Numbered from the stretch's first letter, positions 8,646-19,481 are shown. The stretch: 64,000 bases of DNA from Abditibacteriaceae bacterium (GCA_031372065.1 JANMKN010000043.1:1-64000); one strand, 5' to 3'. Numbers and translations: made by a program. Notes: generated by a model not told the origin, from the sequence alone.

Positions 8646-9764
8646 GTGATAAAAAACACGACGGTTTCCGCTGTTTTTTGCGTGCTTTCTTGGCTGGTGC
8701 CCGCGCAGGCGGCGGAGGTTCCACTTCCCGAAAAAGTGCGCGATATGGTCGGCGTGTCTCATGTGGCAGGCAAGTATCATTTCACCGAAGGCGATTTCCT
8801 GAACGAAGGCGCCGACAAAATTCTTGAACTTGGCTCGCGGGTTATAAAAGTTTGGTTTCTCCATCCCGAACGCTCGTATCCCTTCAACACCAAGTGGCCC
8901 AAAGTGAATTCGTTGGTCGAACTGGCGCAAACCGAGCCTTTTAAAAAATTATTCGACAAGCCATTTACGACTTTTATCCTCGAAACCTACGCGCCGGGAC
9001 GTGACGACCATTACTACAAAAACGGCATGACGCCCGTGCAAATTCAGCGCGAAAGCGATGATTTTTACGCGCTGTCCAAATATCTGCTCCAAACCTATAA
9101 AAACACAGGCAAAACCTTCGTTTTGCAGAATTGGGAAGGCGATTGGTCACTGATTGGCGCTGGTTCGGAAAATGAGCCGACAGAGCAGCAAATTGACGGC
9201 ATGGTGGCGTGGCTGAATGCGCGTCAGGACGGCGTGGAACGCGCCCGCCAAGAAGTCGGCACGCCGGGTGTGCTGGTCGCGCACGCGGCGGAAGTGAACC
9301 TCATCAAACGCGCCATGACTGGCAAAAAATCGGTGACAAACGACGTTTTGCCGCGCACGCATTGCGATTTGTATTCGTCTTCGGCCTACGACATTCAAGG
9401 CGATGCCCAAACGATGAGCGCCGGGTTGGATTACTTGGCTGCCAAAGCGCCAGACAGCGCGCTTTTTGGTGCGAAAAATATTTTTATCGGCGAATTTGGC
9501 TTTCCTGAAAATAATATTGGCGGTGCAAGTGTGCAATGTGATAAAACTCAGAGTGTTTTGCAAGCTGCACTGCGTTGGGGAGTGCGATATGCAGTTTATT
9601 GGGAGTTGTTTTGCAACGAACCGGCGAAAAAGTGGGAAGGCAATCCAACTAACGCCGATATGCGCGGCTTTTGGCTGATTCGTCCCGATGGCAGCAAGGC
9701 GCCGGTTTGGAATTACTTGCAAAGTGTCATGGAACGCTCACCCGCTCAGGTTGGTTTACCTTAA
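8646..9764 (+). CDS. Secreted hypothetical protein, possible TIM-barrel glycoside hydrolase
   Basis: Signal peptide (PAQA); 'LQNWEGDW' and 'IFIGEFGFP' resemble acid/base and nucleophile positions. Confidence 0.55.
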   Translation: MIKNTTVSAVFCVLSWLVPAQAAEVPLPEKVRDMVGVSHVAGKYHFTEGDFLNEGADKILELGSRVIKVWFLHPERSYPFNTKWPKVNSLVELAQTEPFKKLFDKPFTTFILETYAPGRDDHYYKNGMTPVQIQRESDDFYALSKYLLQTYKNTGKTFVLQNWEGDWSLIGAGSENEPTEQQIDGMVAWLNARQDGVERARQEVGTPGVLVAHAAEVNLIKRAMTGKKSVTNDVLPRTHCDLYSSSAYDIQGDAQTMSAGLDYLAAKAPDSALFGAKNIFIGEFGFPENNIGGASVQCDKTQSVLQAALRWGVRYAVYWELFCNEPAKKWEGNPTNADMRGFWLIRPDGSKAPVWNYLQSVMERSPAQVGLP

Positions 9765-9807
9765 CGCCGTGCAGAGGCGAATTCGTGCCGCATGGGGCCG
9801 ATTTGGT

Positions 9808-10030
9808 AGAGAAGTGGTCTGTCTGCGTGCCGCAGCAGGCTGATGAGTAGAGAAGTGGCGTGTTCGCTTACAGAATCGGCTTGTTGTCGTGTAGAATCGG
9901 TTAGTTGGCATAGAGAATTAGCTTGCTTTGATGCAGAAGCGGCCTGTCGGCGTAGAGAATTGGTGTGTTTTGATGCAGAATGGGGCTGTTTGCTTACAGA
10001 ATCGGTATGTCTTGGAACAGAATCGTGAAT
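9808..10030. repeat. Degenerate 21-bp tandem array
   Basis: NNAGAA-led units start at 9849, 9870, 9891, 9912, 9933, 9954, 9975, 9996, 10017, with a further copy at 9808. Confidence 0.8.
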
Positions 10031-10185
10031 CATTTGTGATAAAACGGTGATTTATCGTGAAAATCAAGGCTCTGCGGCATCAAAACGAGGGGCAAAGGTA
10101 TGATAGGCCGTTTGTGAAAAGCGATTTGAAGAAGTTTTTGTGGCTCTGACTGTGTTGTAATCTGCCGTTAAAGGTTGTTTTTCCT

Positions 10186-12906
10186 ATGCCAAAACTACGC
10201 ATTTTACACATCGAAGACGACCTTCAAGACGCCCAACGCGTGCAGGAAGTGTTGTCAAAAGCGGGTTATGATTATGAAATAACGCGCGTGGCTACGCTGT
10301 CTTCTCTAAAAGCGGCTCTCGCACAGGACTTTGATGCCATAATCAGTGGTTACGGCACTTCTCAGGATGACGAAAATTTAAATGGCCCAGCGGCGTTGGC
10401 TCTTGCGCGCGAGCGACAAGGTTTAACGCCGTTTTTATTTGTGAGCAATATTTACGGCGATGAAACGCTGATAGGAGCGGTGCGTGCCGGCGCGTATGAT
10501 TTCATTTCCAAGCATCGTCTGGTGCGTTTGGGGCCGGCCATTGAGCGGGCGTGCCGCGAAGCGCAGGAACTTGCAGAATTGCAAAAGGCGCAGCGAAACC
10601 AACAATTGCTGGCCGATGGATTATCGGCTGTGCTGGCTGCCGCTGACGAATTGGTATCCTGTCCTGATGTTGACACCATGTATCGTCGGGCCGTCGAGTT
10701 GGCCCGCGAGAAATTAGGCGTTGAGCGCTGTGGATTATATTTGCTGGATGCCACTAAAGAAGGTTTACAAGGCACTTACGGCACAGATTTTCAAGGGCAA
10801 ACTTCGGACGAGAATAGTATTTGTCATCTCCTTGGCGGCTGGTGGAAGATATGCTTTGACCCGCAAAATCAGACTACGCAGCGATGGTTTGTAACCAAAG
10901 ACGAGCCATATTCCGATTATGCGCAAGGCAATCATATCTTGGGTGCGCGGGGCTGGATCGCCGCGACGCCTTTGTGGGCGTCTTCGCGAATTCTTGGCGT
11001 TTTGTTCAATGATACAGCGATTTTCGGCGCGCCTTTAGATGAAATCCAGCAGGAATTGTTGGCGGTTTACGGCTCGTTTTTGGCGACTCTTATCGCGGCG
11101 CGGCGCACGGCGGGCGAGTTGCAAAGCGTGATGGCGCGGGCACGCTGCATTCTGTTCGATGCGATGCTTGAAGAACAACCCAACGGTAATTTGAAATGGT
11201 TCATTCGTTTTACCGATGACACAGCAACACAACGCGTTTTGCCGTTGGATGTGCCGCCCGGCATGGAGTATTTCGAGGCTTGGAACAAGAGCCGCCATCC
11301 CGAAGATCAGCAGCGTATGTTGGAAATGATGCCCGAACGGGCTGCGATTGAGGCTGGTCTCGCTTCGTATTCTCAGGAATATCGCTGTTTGGATAAGTTT
11401 GGGAACTGGCATTGGCTGTTTGAAGAAACGACTCTGGAACCGTTGCCTGCTTCGGCGAATGGTCGGCGCCGGTTTCATGCCACTGGCGTTTGCACCGACA
11501 TTACGGCGCGCCGCCGCGCCGAGGAAAAAATGCGCCGCAATGCGTTTTACGATCCGTTGACGGACTTAGCCAATCGCTCGCTGTTTATGGATCGCTTGAA
11601 GCGCTCGTTTCAACGCGCCAAGCGGCATGAACACTTGTTCGCGGTTTTGTTTCTTGATCTCGATAAGTTCAAAAGCGTGAACGATAATTTGGGCCACGAA
11701 ACCGGCGATGATTTTCTGAATGCGGTGGCGCGGCGCCTTGAAGCGTGCTTGCGGCCCGGTGACACCGCAGCACGCTTTGGCGGCGATGAATTCGCGGTTT
11801 TGTTGGATGGTTTAGGCGGTGTCAACGATGCTTTGCGCGTGACCGAGCGCATTCAAGAGGAACTTTGTCGGCCCTTTCAATTGGCGCGTTATCAGCATGA
11901 CGCACGAGAAGTGCTGGAAACCTCGCACCACGAAATGCTGACAACAGCCAGCATTGGCATCGCGCTTAGTCGTGTGCCGGGCGATGAGAATTCGGTGTAT
12001 GAGCATCCCGAAGAATTGTTGCGCGACGCCGACACCGCGATGTATCGCGCCAAGTCGCTGGGGCGCAATCGCCATGAAGTTTTCGATACGAATATGCACG
12101 CGCGGGCCATTGCGGAACTGCGCACCGAAAACGATTTGCGTCGCGCCCTTGGCCGCAACGAATTTGTGTTGCATTACCAGCCGTGTTGTGAAGCGGGCGG
12201 CAAAACTATTGGCTTTGAGGCGCTTTTGCGTTGGGAGCATCCGCAGCGTGGCTTGTTGGCGCCCGATCAATTCATGGCCGTGGCCGAGGGACACGGCTGG
12301 CTGATTTCCATCGGCGAATGGAGTTTGCGCGAAGCGTGTCGCCAGCTTTGCCAGTGGCGCGAACAAGAAGCGAATTCTGAACTTTTCGTCAGTGTGAATT
12401 TATCGGCGCGGCAGTTCGCGCAAGCGGATTTGCCGATTGTGATTCGCCATATTTTGCAGGAAACGGGTCTGCCGCCGTCGTGTTTGCAACTGGAAATCTC
12501 TGAAAAAGATTTAATGCATAATCCGACCAGCAACGAAACCTTGCGGCGCCTCAAAGAAACCGGCGTGCGTTTGGCGGTGGACGATTTTGGAACGGGTTTT
12601 TCGTCGCTTTTGTGGCTGCAAGATTTTGAATTAGACGAATTTAAAATTGATCGTTCGCTGGTGTCCGCGTCGGCGCTGGATGGCGTGACGAACGCCAATT
12701 TAATCAGCACTATGGCGGCGTTAGCGCGTGCTTTGGGCGCCAATACCATTGCCGAAGGCGTCGAAAATGAAGCCCAGTGGGACGAACTGCGTGCCCTCGG
12801 TTGCGACGGCGCGCAGGGTTTTTATTTTGAGAAACCTCTGCCCCCGGAAGAAGTAAGGGCGTTGCTGCAAAATAATGAGACTACAAACGCCATAAACCCT
12901 GTGTAA
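10186..12906 (+). CDS. REC-GAF-PAS-GGDEF-EAL diguanylate cyclase/phosphodiesterase
   Basis: YDPLTDLANR, RFGGDEF, FEALLRW, DDFGTGFSS, AEGVE, QG motifs. Confidence 0.92.
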   Translation: MPKLRILHIEDDLQDAQRVQEVLSKAGYDYEITRVATLSSLKAALAQDFDAIISGYGTSQDDENLNGPAALALARERQGLTPFLFVSNIYGDETLIGAVRAGAYDFISKHRLVRLGPAIERACREAQELAELQKAQRNQQLLADGLSAVLAAADELVSCPDVDTMYRRAVELAREKLGVERCGLYLLDATKEGLQGTYGTDFQGQTSDENSICHLLGGWWKICFDPQNQTTQRWFVTKDEPYSDYAQGNHILGARGWIAATPLWASSRILGVLFNDTAIFGAPLDEIQQELLAVYGSFLATLIAARRTAGELQSVMARARCILFDAMLEEQPNGNLKWFIRFTDDTATQRVLPLDVPPGMEYFEAWNKSRHPEDQQRMLEMMPERAAIEAGLASYSQEYRCLDKFGNWHWLFEETTLEPLPASANGRRRFHATGVCTDITARRRAEEKMRRNAFYDPLTDLANRSLFMDRLKRSFQRAKRHEHLFAVLFLDLDKFKSVNDNLGHETGDDFLNAVARRLEACLRPGDTAARFGGDEFAVLLDGLGGVNDALRVTERIQEELCRPFQLARYQHDAREVLETSHHEMLTTASIGIALSRVPGDENSVYEHPEELLRDADTAMYRAKSLGRNRHEVFDTNMHARAIAELRTENDLRRALGRNEFVLHYQPCCEAGGKTIGFEALLRWEHPQRGLLAPDQFMAVAEGHGWLISIGEWSLREACRQLCQWREQEANSELFVSVNLSARQFAQADLPIVIRHILQETGLPPSCLQLEISEKDLMHNPTSNETLRRLKETGVRLAVDDFGTGFSSLLWLQDFELDEFKIDRSLVSASALDGVTNANLISTMAALARALGANTIAEGVENEAQWDELRALGCDGAQGFYFEKPLPPEEVRALLQNNETTNAINPV

Positions 12907-12949
12907 ATCGCCGTAGTGTTGCCTTTTCGCTTAAGGAAAAAGCTCTCCT

Positions 12950-13080
12950 ACGGCTGTAAATGTGTTTTAGGGGAAGTAAAAAACACATTTAGAGCCGTAA
13001 ATGTGTTTTAGGGTGAGCAAAAAAGACACTTAGAGCCATAAATGTGTTTTGGGGTGAGCAAAAGATGCATTTTAGGCCGT
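12950..13080. repeat. 41-bp-period array of alternating inverted half-units
   Basis: taaatgtgtttt at 12957, 12998, 13039, each followed by an aaaacacattta-like complement. Confidence 0.8.
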
Positions 13081-13121
13081 TTTTGGCTTTTTCTTGCCGT
13101 AAAAGAGTCACACCTTAGCGG

Positions 13122-13847
13122 TCACGAAAGTTCTTTTTCCATTTCCCAGCGCGTAACGTCATAACCGGCGTGTTTATAAAGAGTTGCTGCTTCGGCGTTG
13201 GAAGCGGTGACTGTCAAGCGCACGCGACGCACGCCGCGAGAACGGAAAAAATCATCGGTGTAGCGCATCAATTCCTGGCCCAAGCCTTGACCGCGCCGCG
13301 CGGGAAGAACGTAAACGTTGTTGATATAACCGTAACGCTCGCCTGTCCAGTTATTTTCGCAGACGACAAGCCACAAAAAACCGGCTAAATCGCCTTTTTC
13401 TTCGCGACGCTCATCTAAAACGAACAAGCCATGATGATTATCTAAAGTTGCGCGCCGCAAATCGTGACGAAAGGCTTGCGCAAAGCCCGGCGTATAATGA
13501 AAGCTCGGAAAATTCAGCGCATACGTTTCTTCTTGAAAAGAGCAAATCGTTTCCGTATCAGCCTCGAAAGAAAATTCGCGCAAAGCAATGCGCCCGGCTT
13601 CGCCAACCCACCGCAGGGCCGGATTAGGCAAATCGCGCAAGCCTTTCACGCGTGCGGCGGGCAGAGAGGGCGGCGCCTCGGCCACAGCGTGTGAGTTTTG
13701 GGAATGGCCGCGCGGCGTAGCGACCAGACCAAAAAACTGCGCGACTTCGGAAAGAACGCCAGTAGCCGCGCCCGCCAAAGCGTCGCTTGCTATGATTTCG
13801 TCCGCGTGCTGTTGCTTAGTCCGTTGCCGGAAAGACCGCCACTTCAT
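13122..13847 (-). CDS. GNAT family N-acetyltransferase
   Basis: VYVLPARRGQGLG and N.EA..LY...GY motifs. Confidence 0.85.
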   Translation of the reverse strand: MKWRSFRQRTKQQHADEIIASDALAGAATGVLSEVAQFFGLVATPRGHSQNSHAVAEAPPSLPAARVKGLRDLPNPALRWVGEAGRIALREFSFEADTETICSFQEETYALNFPSFHYTPGFAQAFRHDLRRATLDNHHGLFVLDERREEKGDLAGFLWLVVCENNWTGERYGYINNVYVLPARRGQGLGQELMRYTDDFFRSRGVRRVRLTVTASNAEAATLYKHAGYDVTRWEMEKELS

Positions 13848-13853
13848 GGTTTT

Positions 13854-16196
13854 CTATTCTACTGTGACCGAAAAGTTCTTTTCGGCGAGTTTGTCTAAAT
13901 CGTCGTCATCGTTTGTCGAGGTCGGCTGATATTTGCCGCCCGCCAAGCGCACTACGACTAAGTTTAGACGAAGTTTTCCCGTGCGTGGTGGTGTCAGCGC
14001 AAACAAGAGCGGCACACTTTTGCCGGGTGGCACGTCAGCGGGCAGCCATTTGATTTCCCAACGAAAACGTCGGCCGGTTTTCGCATCGAACCAGCGCACT
14101 AACAAGCGGGCCGGATTATCTCCCGACGAACTCCACACACTTTTGCCCGTGTTGCGCAGCAGACAGGTGGCATCCGAGTCCTCGCCGCTTTTCAAATCCT
14201 CCGGCACCTCTAAGTTGATTTGGCTCGCGCCATTGCTGCGCTTGGAAACGGCAGGCTGCGTGGCTGTTTTTGCCGGAGTTTTCGCAGAATTCTTTCGCAC
14301 CGGTGGAACTTCATTTTTTGCCACAGAAATGGCGGGTGTTTTCTCTTTTGGGCCTCCCAAAGTCTTAAACGGGGCGCGGGGGGCTACATTGCGGCGCACT
14401 GGCGGGTTCGCCAAATTTAAGGGGTTGGTGGCGCCGATTGTGGGCGTTGGTATTGGTGGCGCTATCGGCGGAGTGTTGGCCCGTGGCGCGCTGGCTTCCA
14501 CGGGAGGTGCAACATCAATGAACGGCGCGCCTTTGACGGATGGCGGCGGCGGCAAAGCGGGCAGCGGCAAACTTTGCAAAGGGCCGCCGAAATCGTCTTT
14601 CACAGACGCGCGCGGCGTAATGGCGGGAATAGGCGCCACAACAGGTGGAGCAAGTGGAGCAAGCGGCGTGGCGCGCAAAGGGCTGGGAATGGGGGGCGTG
14701 ACGTTGATAATTCCGCTGTTACTCAGGCTGGGATTGGGCACGGTGATATGATTTTTTTCGGGAAATGTTTTTGGCCCACGCGGGATAAATTTACCATTCA
14801 CCCATTCGCCGGGAATGACTGCCGAACCAATGCCATGCGTGCCGATAATGCCCGCCGCGCCGCTGATGGGCGACACAAAAATCGAAACGTCCGGCGAAGT
14901 GTTGGTGACAGTTTGGCCCGCAGCCAGCGGCAAGCTCAGAGTCATGGAAGTTTGCGCCGCGTCGCCATCGGGACTGTTGGCTGTGAGGCGCACTGTCCAA
15001 TCGCCTTGCGCGCCAGCGGGCGGTTGCCACTGCGCCAACGATTCTTTCTGCAAGGGCGCTTTGGGCGACGCTATTGTTTGCCATTGTTCGGGCGCGGTGC
15101 CTTGTCCGGCTTCGATTTTTACGGCCACTTGAGGCGAGTCCTCGCAAAACACTGTGCCGATGATATTTAAGCCTGTTTTGTTGGCGCTCACACCCGTGAT
15201 TTCAACGGTTGGCACCACGGGAGCGAGATTCATTGCCCATAAAGTGCGCGGGCCGTTGGGCGTCAGCGGCGCATCGAACAAAAGTGCGGTTCCATCAGGC
15301 GCAAAGCGTGGGCTGTGAGCGCCATCTGTATTGCGCAAAGCGCGCTCGCCCGAACCGTTGGGCGCCATAAAAAACAAGCGGCTCGGATTGCCTGTGCGCT
15401 CTTCGTCCAAGGCGAGGCACAACTGACTGCCATCGGGCACGACCGTCACTTCGCCGCTGCGAAAAGCAATGACTTGAGGTTTCGTTTTTAAGGGCAAAAG
15501 CGGCGGCCAATCGGTAGGGATTTCTAAACGATACAGGCCGTTTTTGCGCGCGTCGGAAAATAAGAGCGTGTTGCTATTCAGCCATGCCGGACGGCGCCCT
15601 TCGATGACGCGCCGCGCGATCAGCGGCGCAATTTTATCATCCAACGAGATGAGAAAAAGCGTGCTGTTCTTATTCGCTTCGCGCGCGAAAACTAACGATT
15701 TGCCATCGGGCGACAGTGCGGGCGAATGCGAAGGCGCCGCATCTTGCGTCAAGGCTTCGAGTTGGCCCGTTTTTTCATGGAAGCGCGCGATTTGTGACGA
15801 TTTATTGTCGCCCAGCGCATTAGTTACGCAAATAATAGTGCGGCCATCGGACGAAACTTGCGCTTCGTCCGCCCACAAAGGCGCCGCGAAATTCGTGAGC
15901 GCTTTCAGCGGCCACTCGCTTTCGTCGCTCGATGTCGCTTGCCACAAATTACGCGTGCCGTTGGCTTCGCGCGTGAAAATCAAAGAGATTTTTTTGCTTT
16001 GCGGATCAACGCGCCACGCGCCACGCACCGCAGCCGCGTTTTGCGAGTCGGGAAGCACTTCCAACGGCACTGGGCGCATGATGCCGGGCCGCCGCGCGGC
16101 GTGAGAAGCGGTCAGCGCGCCAAGCAAACTGCAAAACAAAAGAAAAAAACGAAAAAACTGTCGCATGAAAACGCATTGCCGCCAAACGGGGAGCAT
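13854..16196 (-). CDS. Secreted TolB-like/PD40 beta-propeller protein with Pro-rich linker and C-terminal Ig-like domain
   Basis: SPALSPDGKSLVF and SPRFAPDG repeats; C-terminal 'LRNTGKSVW...LPADVPPG' NBR1-Ig-like pattern; start may be 16166. Confidence 0.7.
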   Translation of the reverse strand: MLPVWRQCVFMRQFFRFFLLFCSLLGALTASHAARRPGIMRPVPLEVLPDSQNAAAVRGAWRVDPQSKKISLIFTREANGTRNLWQATSSDESEWPLKALTNFAAPLWADEAQVSSDGRTIICVTNALGDNKSSQIARFHEKTGQLEALTQDAAPSHSPALSPDGKSLVFAREANKNSTLFLISLDDKIAPLIARRVIEGRRPAWLNSNTLLFSDARKNGLYRLEIPTDWPPLLPLKTKPQVIAFRSGEVTVVPDGSQLCLALDEERTGNPSRLFFMAPNGSGERALRNTDGAHSPRFAPDGTALLFDAPLTPNGPRTLWAMNLAPVVPTVEITGVSANKTGLNIIGTVFCEDSPQVAVKIEAGQGTAPEQWQTIASPKAPLQKESLAQWQPPAGAQGDWTVRLTANSPDGDAAQTSMTLSLPLAAGQTVTNTSPDVSIFVSPISGAAGIIGTHGIGSAVIPGEWVNGKFIPRGPKTFPEKNHITVPNPSLSNSGIINVTPPIPSPLRATPLAPLAPPVVAPIPAITPRASVKDDFGGPLQSLPLPALPPPPSVKGAPFIDVAPPVEASAPRANTPPIAPPIPTPTIGATNPLNLANPPVRRNVAPRAPFKTLGGPKEKTPAISVAKNEVPPVRKNSAKTPAKTATQPAVSKRSNGASQINLEVPEDLKSGEDSDATCLLRNTGKSVWSSSGDNPARLLVRWFDAKTGRRFRWEIKWLPADVPPGKSVPLLFALTPPRTGKLRLNLVVVRLAGGKYQPTSTNDDDDLDKLAEKNFSVTVE

Positions 16197-16370
16197 TGAA
16201 AGCCCGCTTTGAAAAGTATACTCCTCCCACTGTGATACAATCGCCGAAACTCGTCGATTAACGCCTTGGGGGTGCGCTTACAAGAAAATGCCAAATCACA
16301 AACGTGAAGGGACTTTGTAAAATGGAAGGGGCGCTTGCTGCCCACAGAAGACTTGGCGTGCCCCTTTTTT

Positions 16371-17330
16371 ATGCCCCTGCTTGATTTACAAAACTTGAGT
16401 ATCCGCTTTGCTTCTACTACCGTTGTGGAGGACATTAATTTGTCCATCGAAGCGGGTGAAACGTTGGCTTTGGTGGGCGAAAGCGGTTGTGGCAAAAGCG
16501 TCACAGCGCTTTCGATTTTGCGCTTGTTGCCCGCGCCCGGACGAATCGCGCAAGGCCAAGTCCTGTTTGAAAATCAAGACCTCACGGCGCTTTCGGAAGA
16601 ACAACTCGACGATTTGCGTGGCGGCGCCATTAGCGTGATTTGGCAAGACCCTTTAGCCGCTCTGAACCCGCTTTTGCCGGTCGGCGTGCCGATTATCGAA
16701 GGCTTGATGCGCCACAAAAATCTCAGCAAAATTGCGGCGCGTCAAAAGGCCGTTGAAATGTTAAGGCGCGTGGGCATTCCGCAGCCGGAAAAGCGCGTGG
16801 ATGATTATCCGCATCAAATGTCGGGCGGTCAGCGCCAACGCGCCATGATTGCGGCGGCTATTGCTTGCGAACCCAAATTGCTGATCGCCGATGAGCCGAC
16901 AACCGCCCTGGATGTTTCAGTGCAAGCGCAAATTTTGGAGTTGCTGCGCGAATTATCCGCATCCACTCAAACCGCGATGCTGCTCATCACGCACGATCTC
17001 GGCGTGGTCGCGCAAGTCGCACAACGCCTGGCGGTGATGTATGCCGGTCAAATTGTCGAGTATGGCACCGTCGAAGAGATTTTTTCGCGCCCGCAGCATC
17101 CTTACACGCAAGGATTATTGCTGGCGACGCCGCGTCTCGAAAGCGATGCCATGCCGCTGCCCATTCCCGGCATGGTGCCCGCGCCGGGACGCTGGCCGCA
17201 AGGCTGCCGCTTCAAAACGCGTTGCCCTCTGCAACAATCAATTTGCGACACGATGCCCGCATTAATCGCTCACGATGCCCAACCCGCCCGTTGTCACTTC
17301 GCGGGTCAAAAAGCGTGGAATTTAAAGTGA
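16371..17330 (+). CDS. Oligopeptide/dipeptide ABC transporter ATP-binding protein (OppD/DppD type)
   Basis: [34 protein letters not shown]-terminal Cys cluster. Confidence 0.9.
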   Translation: MPLLDLQNLSIRFASTTVVEDINLSIEAGETLALVGESGCGKSVTALSILRLLPAPGRIAQGQVLFENQDLTALSEEQLDDLRGGAISVIWQDPLAALNPLLPVGVPIIEGLMRHKNLSKIAARQKAVEMLRRVGIPQPEKRVDDYPHQMSGGQRQRAMIAAAIACEPKLLIADEPTTALDVSVQAQILELLRELSASTQTAMLLITHDLGVVAQVAQRLAVMYAGQIVEYGTVEEIFSRPQHPYTQGLLLATPRLESDAMPLPIPGMVPAPGRWPQGCRFKTRCPLQQSICDTMPALIAHDAQPARCHFAGQKAWNLK

Positions 17331-17428
17331 AAACGTAGGCCAATGGCATCAAGGTAACCCGACTTGCTACCATATGGGGGTTCTGCGGCACTGCCAAATA
17401 TTCCCGATGGTTGTTAAATTGAATCAGA

Positions 17429-18592
17429 TTATTGTTTGGGTGTGACTTCTTCTTCCAAAACTTTTTCCTGATGCGGATGTGGTTGCAAATAGGGCAGGGT
17501 GGTGCGGTCACCGATCCATTGCGTGGGGGAGGCGGCGAATAATTTGGCGAGGTTGTTCAGTTGCCACGCATAAGCGGCGCGCTTTTCGGAGAAGTCATGC
17601 CACGATTCGTCGCTTGGTTTTAGGGTGTAGCCCGCTTTTTGTAGGGCGCGGCGGGCGGCTAACCATTCGTGATTTTCCACGCCCGGATGCGCCGCGCCCT
17701 GCTTGTATTCGCGCAGTTTGGGCGGCAGCCGCACTCGAAAATAATTGCTCAGGTCTACAACGGCATGGCAGCCCAGACGATACATCATGTGCGCCGAACC
17801 AAGCGCTAATTTTTCGTTGCGAGGTGCGTCTTCCACTGTTGAAATCACCAGCGTTGCCGCATCTAAAACGGCGCCCATCGCGCTAATCCATGATTGATTG
17901 TCGTGCGAGGAACGGAAAAACGGCAAGAGCGGAAACGCCAGATGGCTGTCCAGCATATCGGCTGTCCACAATTCCCATGAGGCAAAAGTTGGATGTAATT
18001 CGCCCGTCATATCAAGCGCCGCATAGGTTTGTAAAAGCATGACGCCGGACGGCGGCGAACCAGCGCGGCCATCAAGTGTGAGAACTAAGGACTCGCGGCG
18101 CGCGAATGATTGATACAATGTAAAAAGCCATGAAATGACCAGCGCAAAAGTGGCTAACCCGGCGGCGCCCGCCGATAAAAACACAAAGCGCATTAAGCCC
18201 GTGGCCGGCACGAAATCGCCGTAGCCGATGGTTAAAAGCGAGGCTCCTGCAATGTAGCAGCAACCGCCAAAAGTTGTTGGCGATTCACTCACATGGTCGC
18301 GCAAGTTATAAATAATCAGGCCATAGCCACAGATTAAGGTGCTAATCCAAGCCAGCAAAATCAAAATGACGCATAAGGGCGCAAAGGTGCCCAGCCAGTC
18401 GTCGCGCCGGTGCTGTTTGCGCAAGCGGGCCGCCACATAAAGCCAAAAGCGCCACAAAATATTAATTAAATGGGGCGCAATCCGCCACCGGCGACTTGTC
18501 CAGCGTGGCACAACCACAGTTTGAAAAACATCAAACAGCGCCAGAAAAATCAGCAGGAGGGCCAATGAAAGTTCGAGGATAGTGGAAATCAT
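17429..18592 (-). CDS. Potassium channel family protein (Ion_trans_2)
   Basis: TIGYGD selectivity filter flanked by TM helices. Confidence 0.85.
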   Translation of the reverse strand: MISTILELSLALLLIFLALFDVFQTVVVPRWTSRRWRIAPHLINILWRFWLYVAARLRKQHRRDDWLGTFAPLCVILILLAWISTLICGYGLIIYNLRDHVSESPTTFGGCCYIAGASLLTIGYGDFVPATGLMRFVFLSAGAAGLATFALVISWLFTLYQSFARRESLVLTLDGRAGSPPSGVMLLQTYAALDMTGELHPTFASWELWTADMLDSHLAFPLLPFFRSSHDNQSWISAMGAVLDAATLVISTVEDAPRNEKLALGSAHMMYRLGCHAVVDLSNYFRVRLPPKLREYKQGAAHPGVENHEWLAARRALQKAGYTLKPSDESWHDFSEKRAAYAWQLNNLAKLFAASPTQWIGDRTTLPYLQPHPHQEKVLEEEVTPKQ

Positions 18593-18746
18593 GTAGCAGT
18601 GAAGATTGAGGCCAAGCGCAGACAGCGGGGAGTTTAATTGGTTCCGCTTGGCTCCGACGACCAAAAATCAAAGGCCAAAGACGCGCAGCTATGCTATATT
18701 AAAAGCGCCGCATTCTTGTGTATTTGTGTAAAATCGTGGCTTTTTC

Positions 18747-19481
18747 ATGAGCATTCCCATTTTTGACGCTTGCACTTTATTTGGCCCGTGGCCGCAGCAT
18801 TCGGCTGATCTTTCAGTGGAAATATTGCTGCAAGGCATGGGGCAAAACAGCATCGCGCGCTCGCTGACAACAGCGACTTCGGGCATTTTTTACGATTACC
18901 GGCAGGGCAATACCGAAACGTTAGATGCTGCCAAATTGCATCCCCAGCACATTTATCCGGTAGGCACTCTTGATCCGCGCGCTTATCCCGAATGTTTGGG
19001 CGAAGCCGAAGCGCGGGCCGCTGAAGGTTTTCGCTTGTTTCGTTTTTTCCCCGACAGCCAGCAGTGGCCGCTGAATTATCGTCCGTTTCGCGAACTTTTG
19101 CAAAAATGCGATTCGCTCGGCGTGCCCATCGCAGTAACCGTCAGTCAGCCGGGCGCTTGCACCGAATTAGCAGACGCCGTCGCGTTTACACAAGCGCCGC
19201 TTTTGTTGGCGGGTGTGACTTCGCAAAATCTCGGCGAAGCGATGGCGGTTCTGCGTGGCGACGCGAAATTTTACATCGAAACCACGCATCTAACTGCGCC
19301 CGGCGCGCTCGAAGCGGTGCGCGATTGCGCGCCGCATGGCGTGGAGCGCCTTGTTTTCGCTTCCTATTCGCCGTTGCGTTATCTGTCTACTGCGTTGGCG
19401 CCCGTTTTCGCCTCTTCCCTGACCAATGACCAAAAAGCCTTAGTCTTGGCGGGCAATATCATGAGACTTTTGACAAAGTAG
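18747..19481 (+). CDS. Amidohydrolase-2-like TIM-barrel protein
   Basis: FDACTLFGPWP, FRLFRFFP, GVERLVFASYSP; canonical His ligands missing. Confidence 0.65.
   Translation: MSIPIFDACTLFGPWPQHSADLSVEILLQGMGQNSIARSLTTATSGIFYDYRQGNTETLDAAKLHPQHIYPVGTLDPRAYPECLGEAEARAAEGFRLFRFFPDSQQWPLNYRPFRELLQKCDSLGVPIAVTVSQPGACTELADAVAFTQAPLLLAGVTSQNLGEAMAVLRGDAKFYIETTHLTAPGALEAVRDCAPHGVERLVFASYSPLRYLSTALAPVFASSLTNDQKALVLAGNIMRLLTK

Noticed and set aside
13933..15170. Long + strand ORFs
   Set aside because: Antisense shadows of the 780-aa gene in GC-rich DNA
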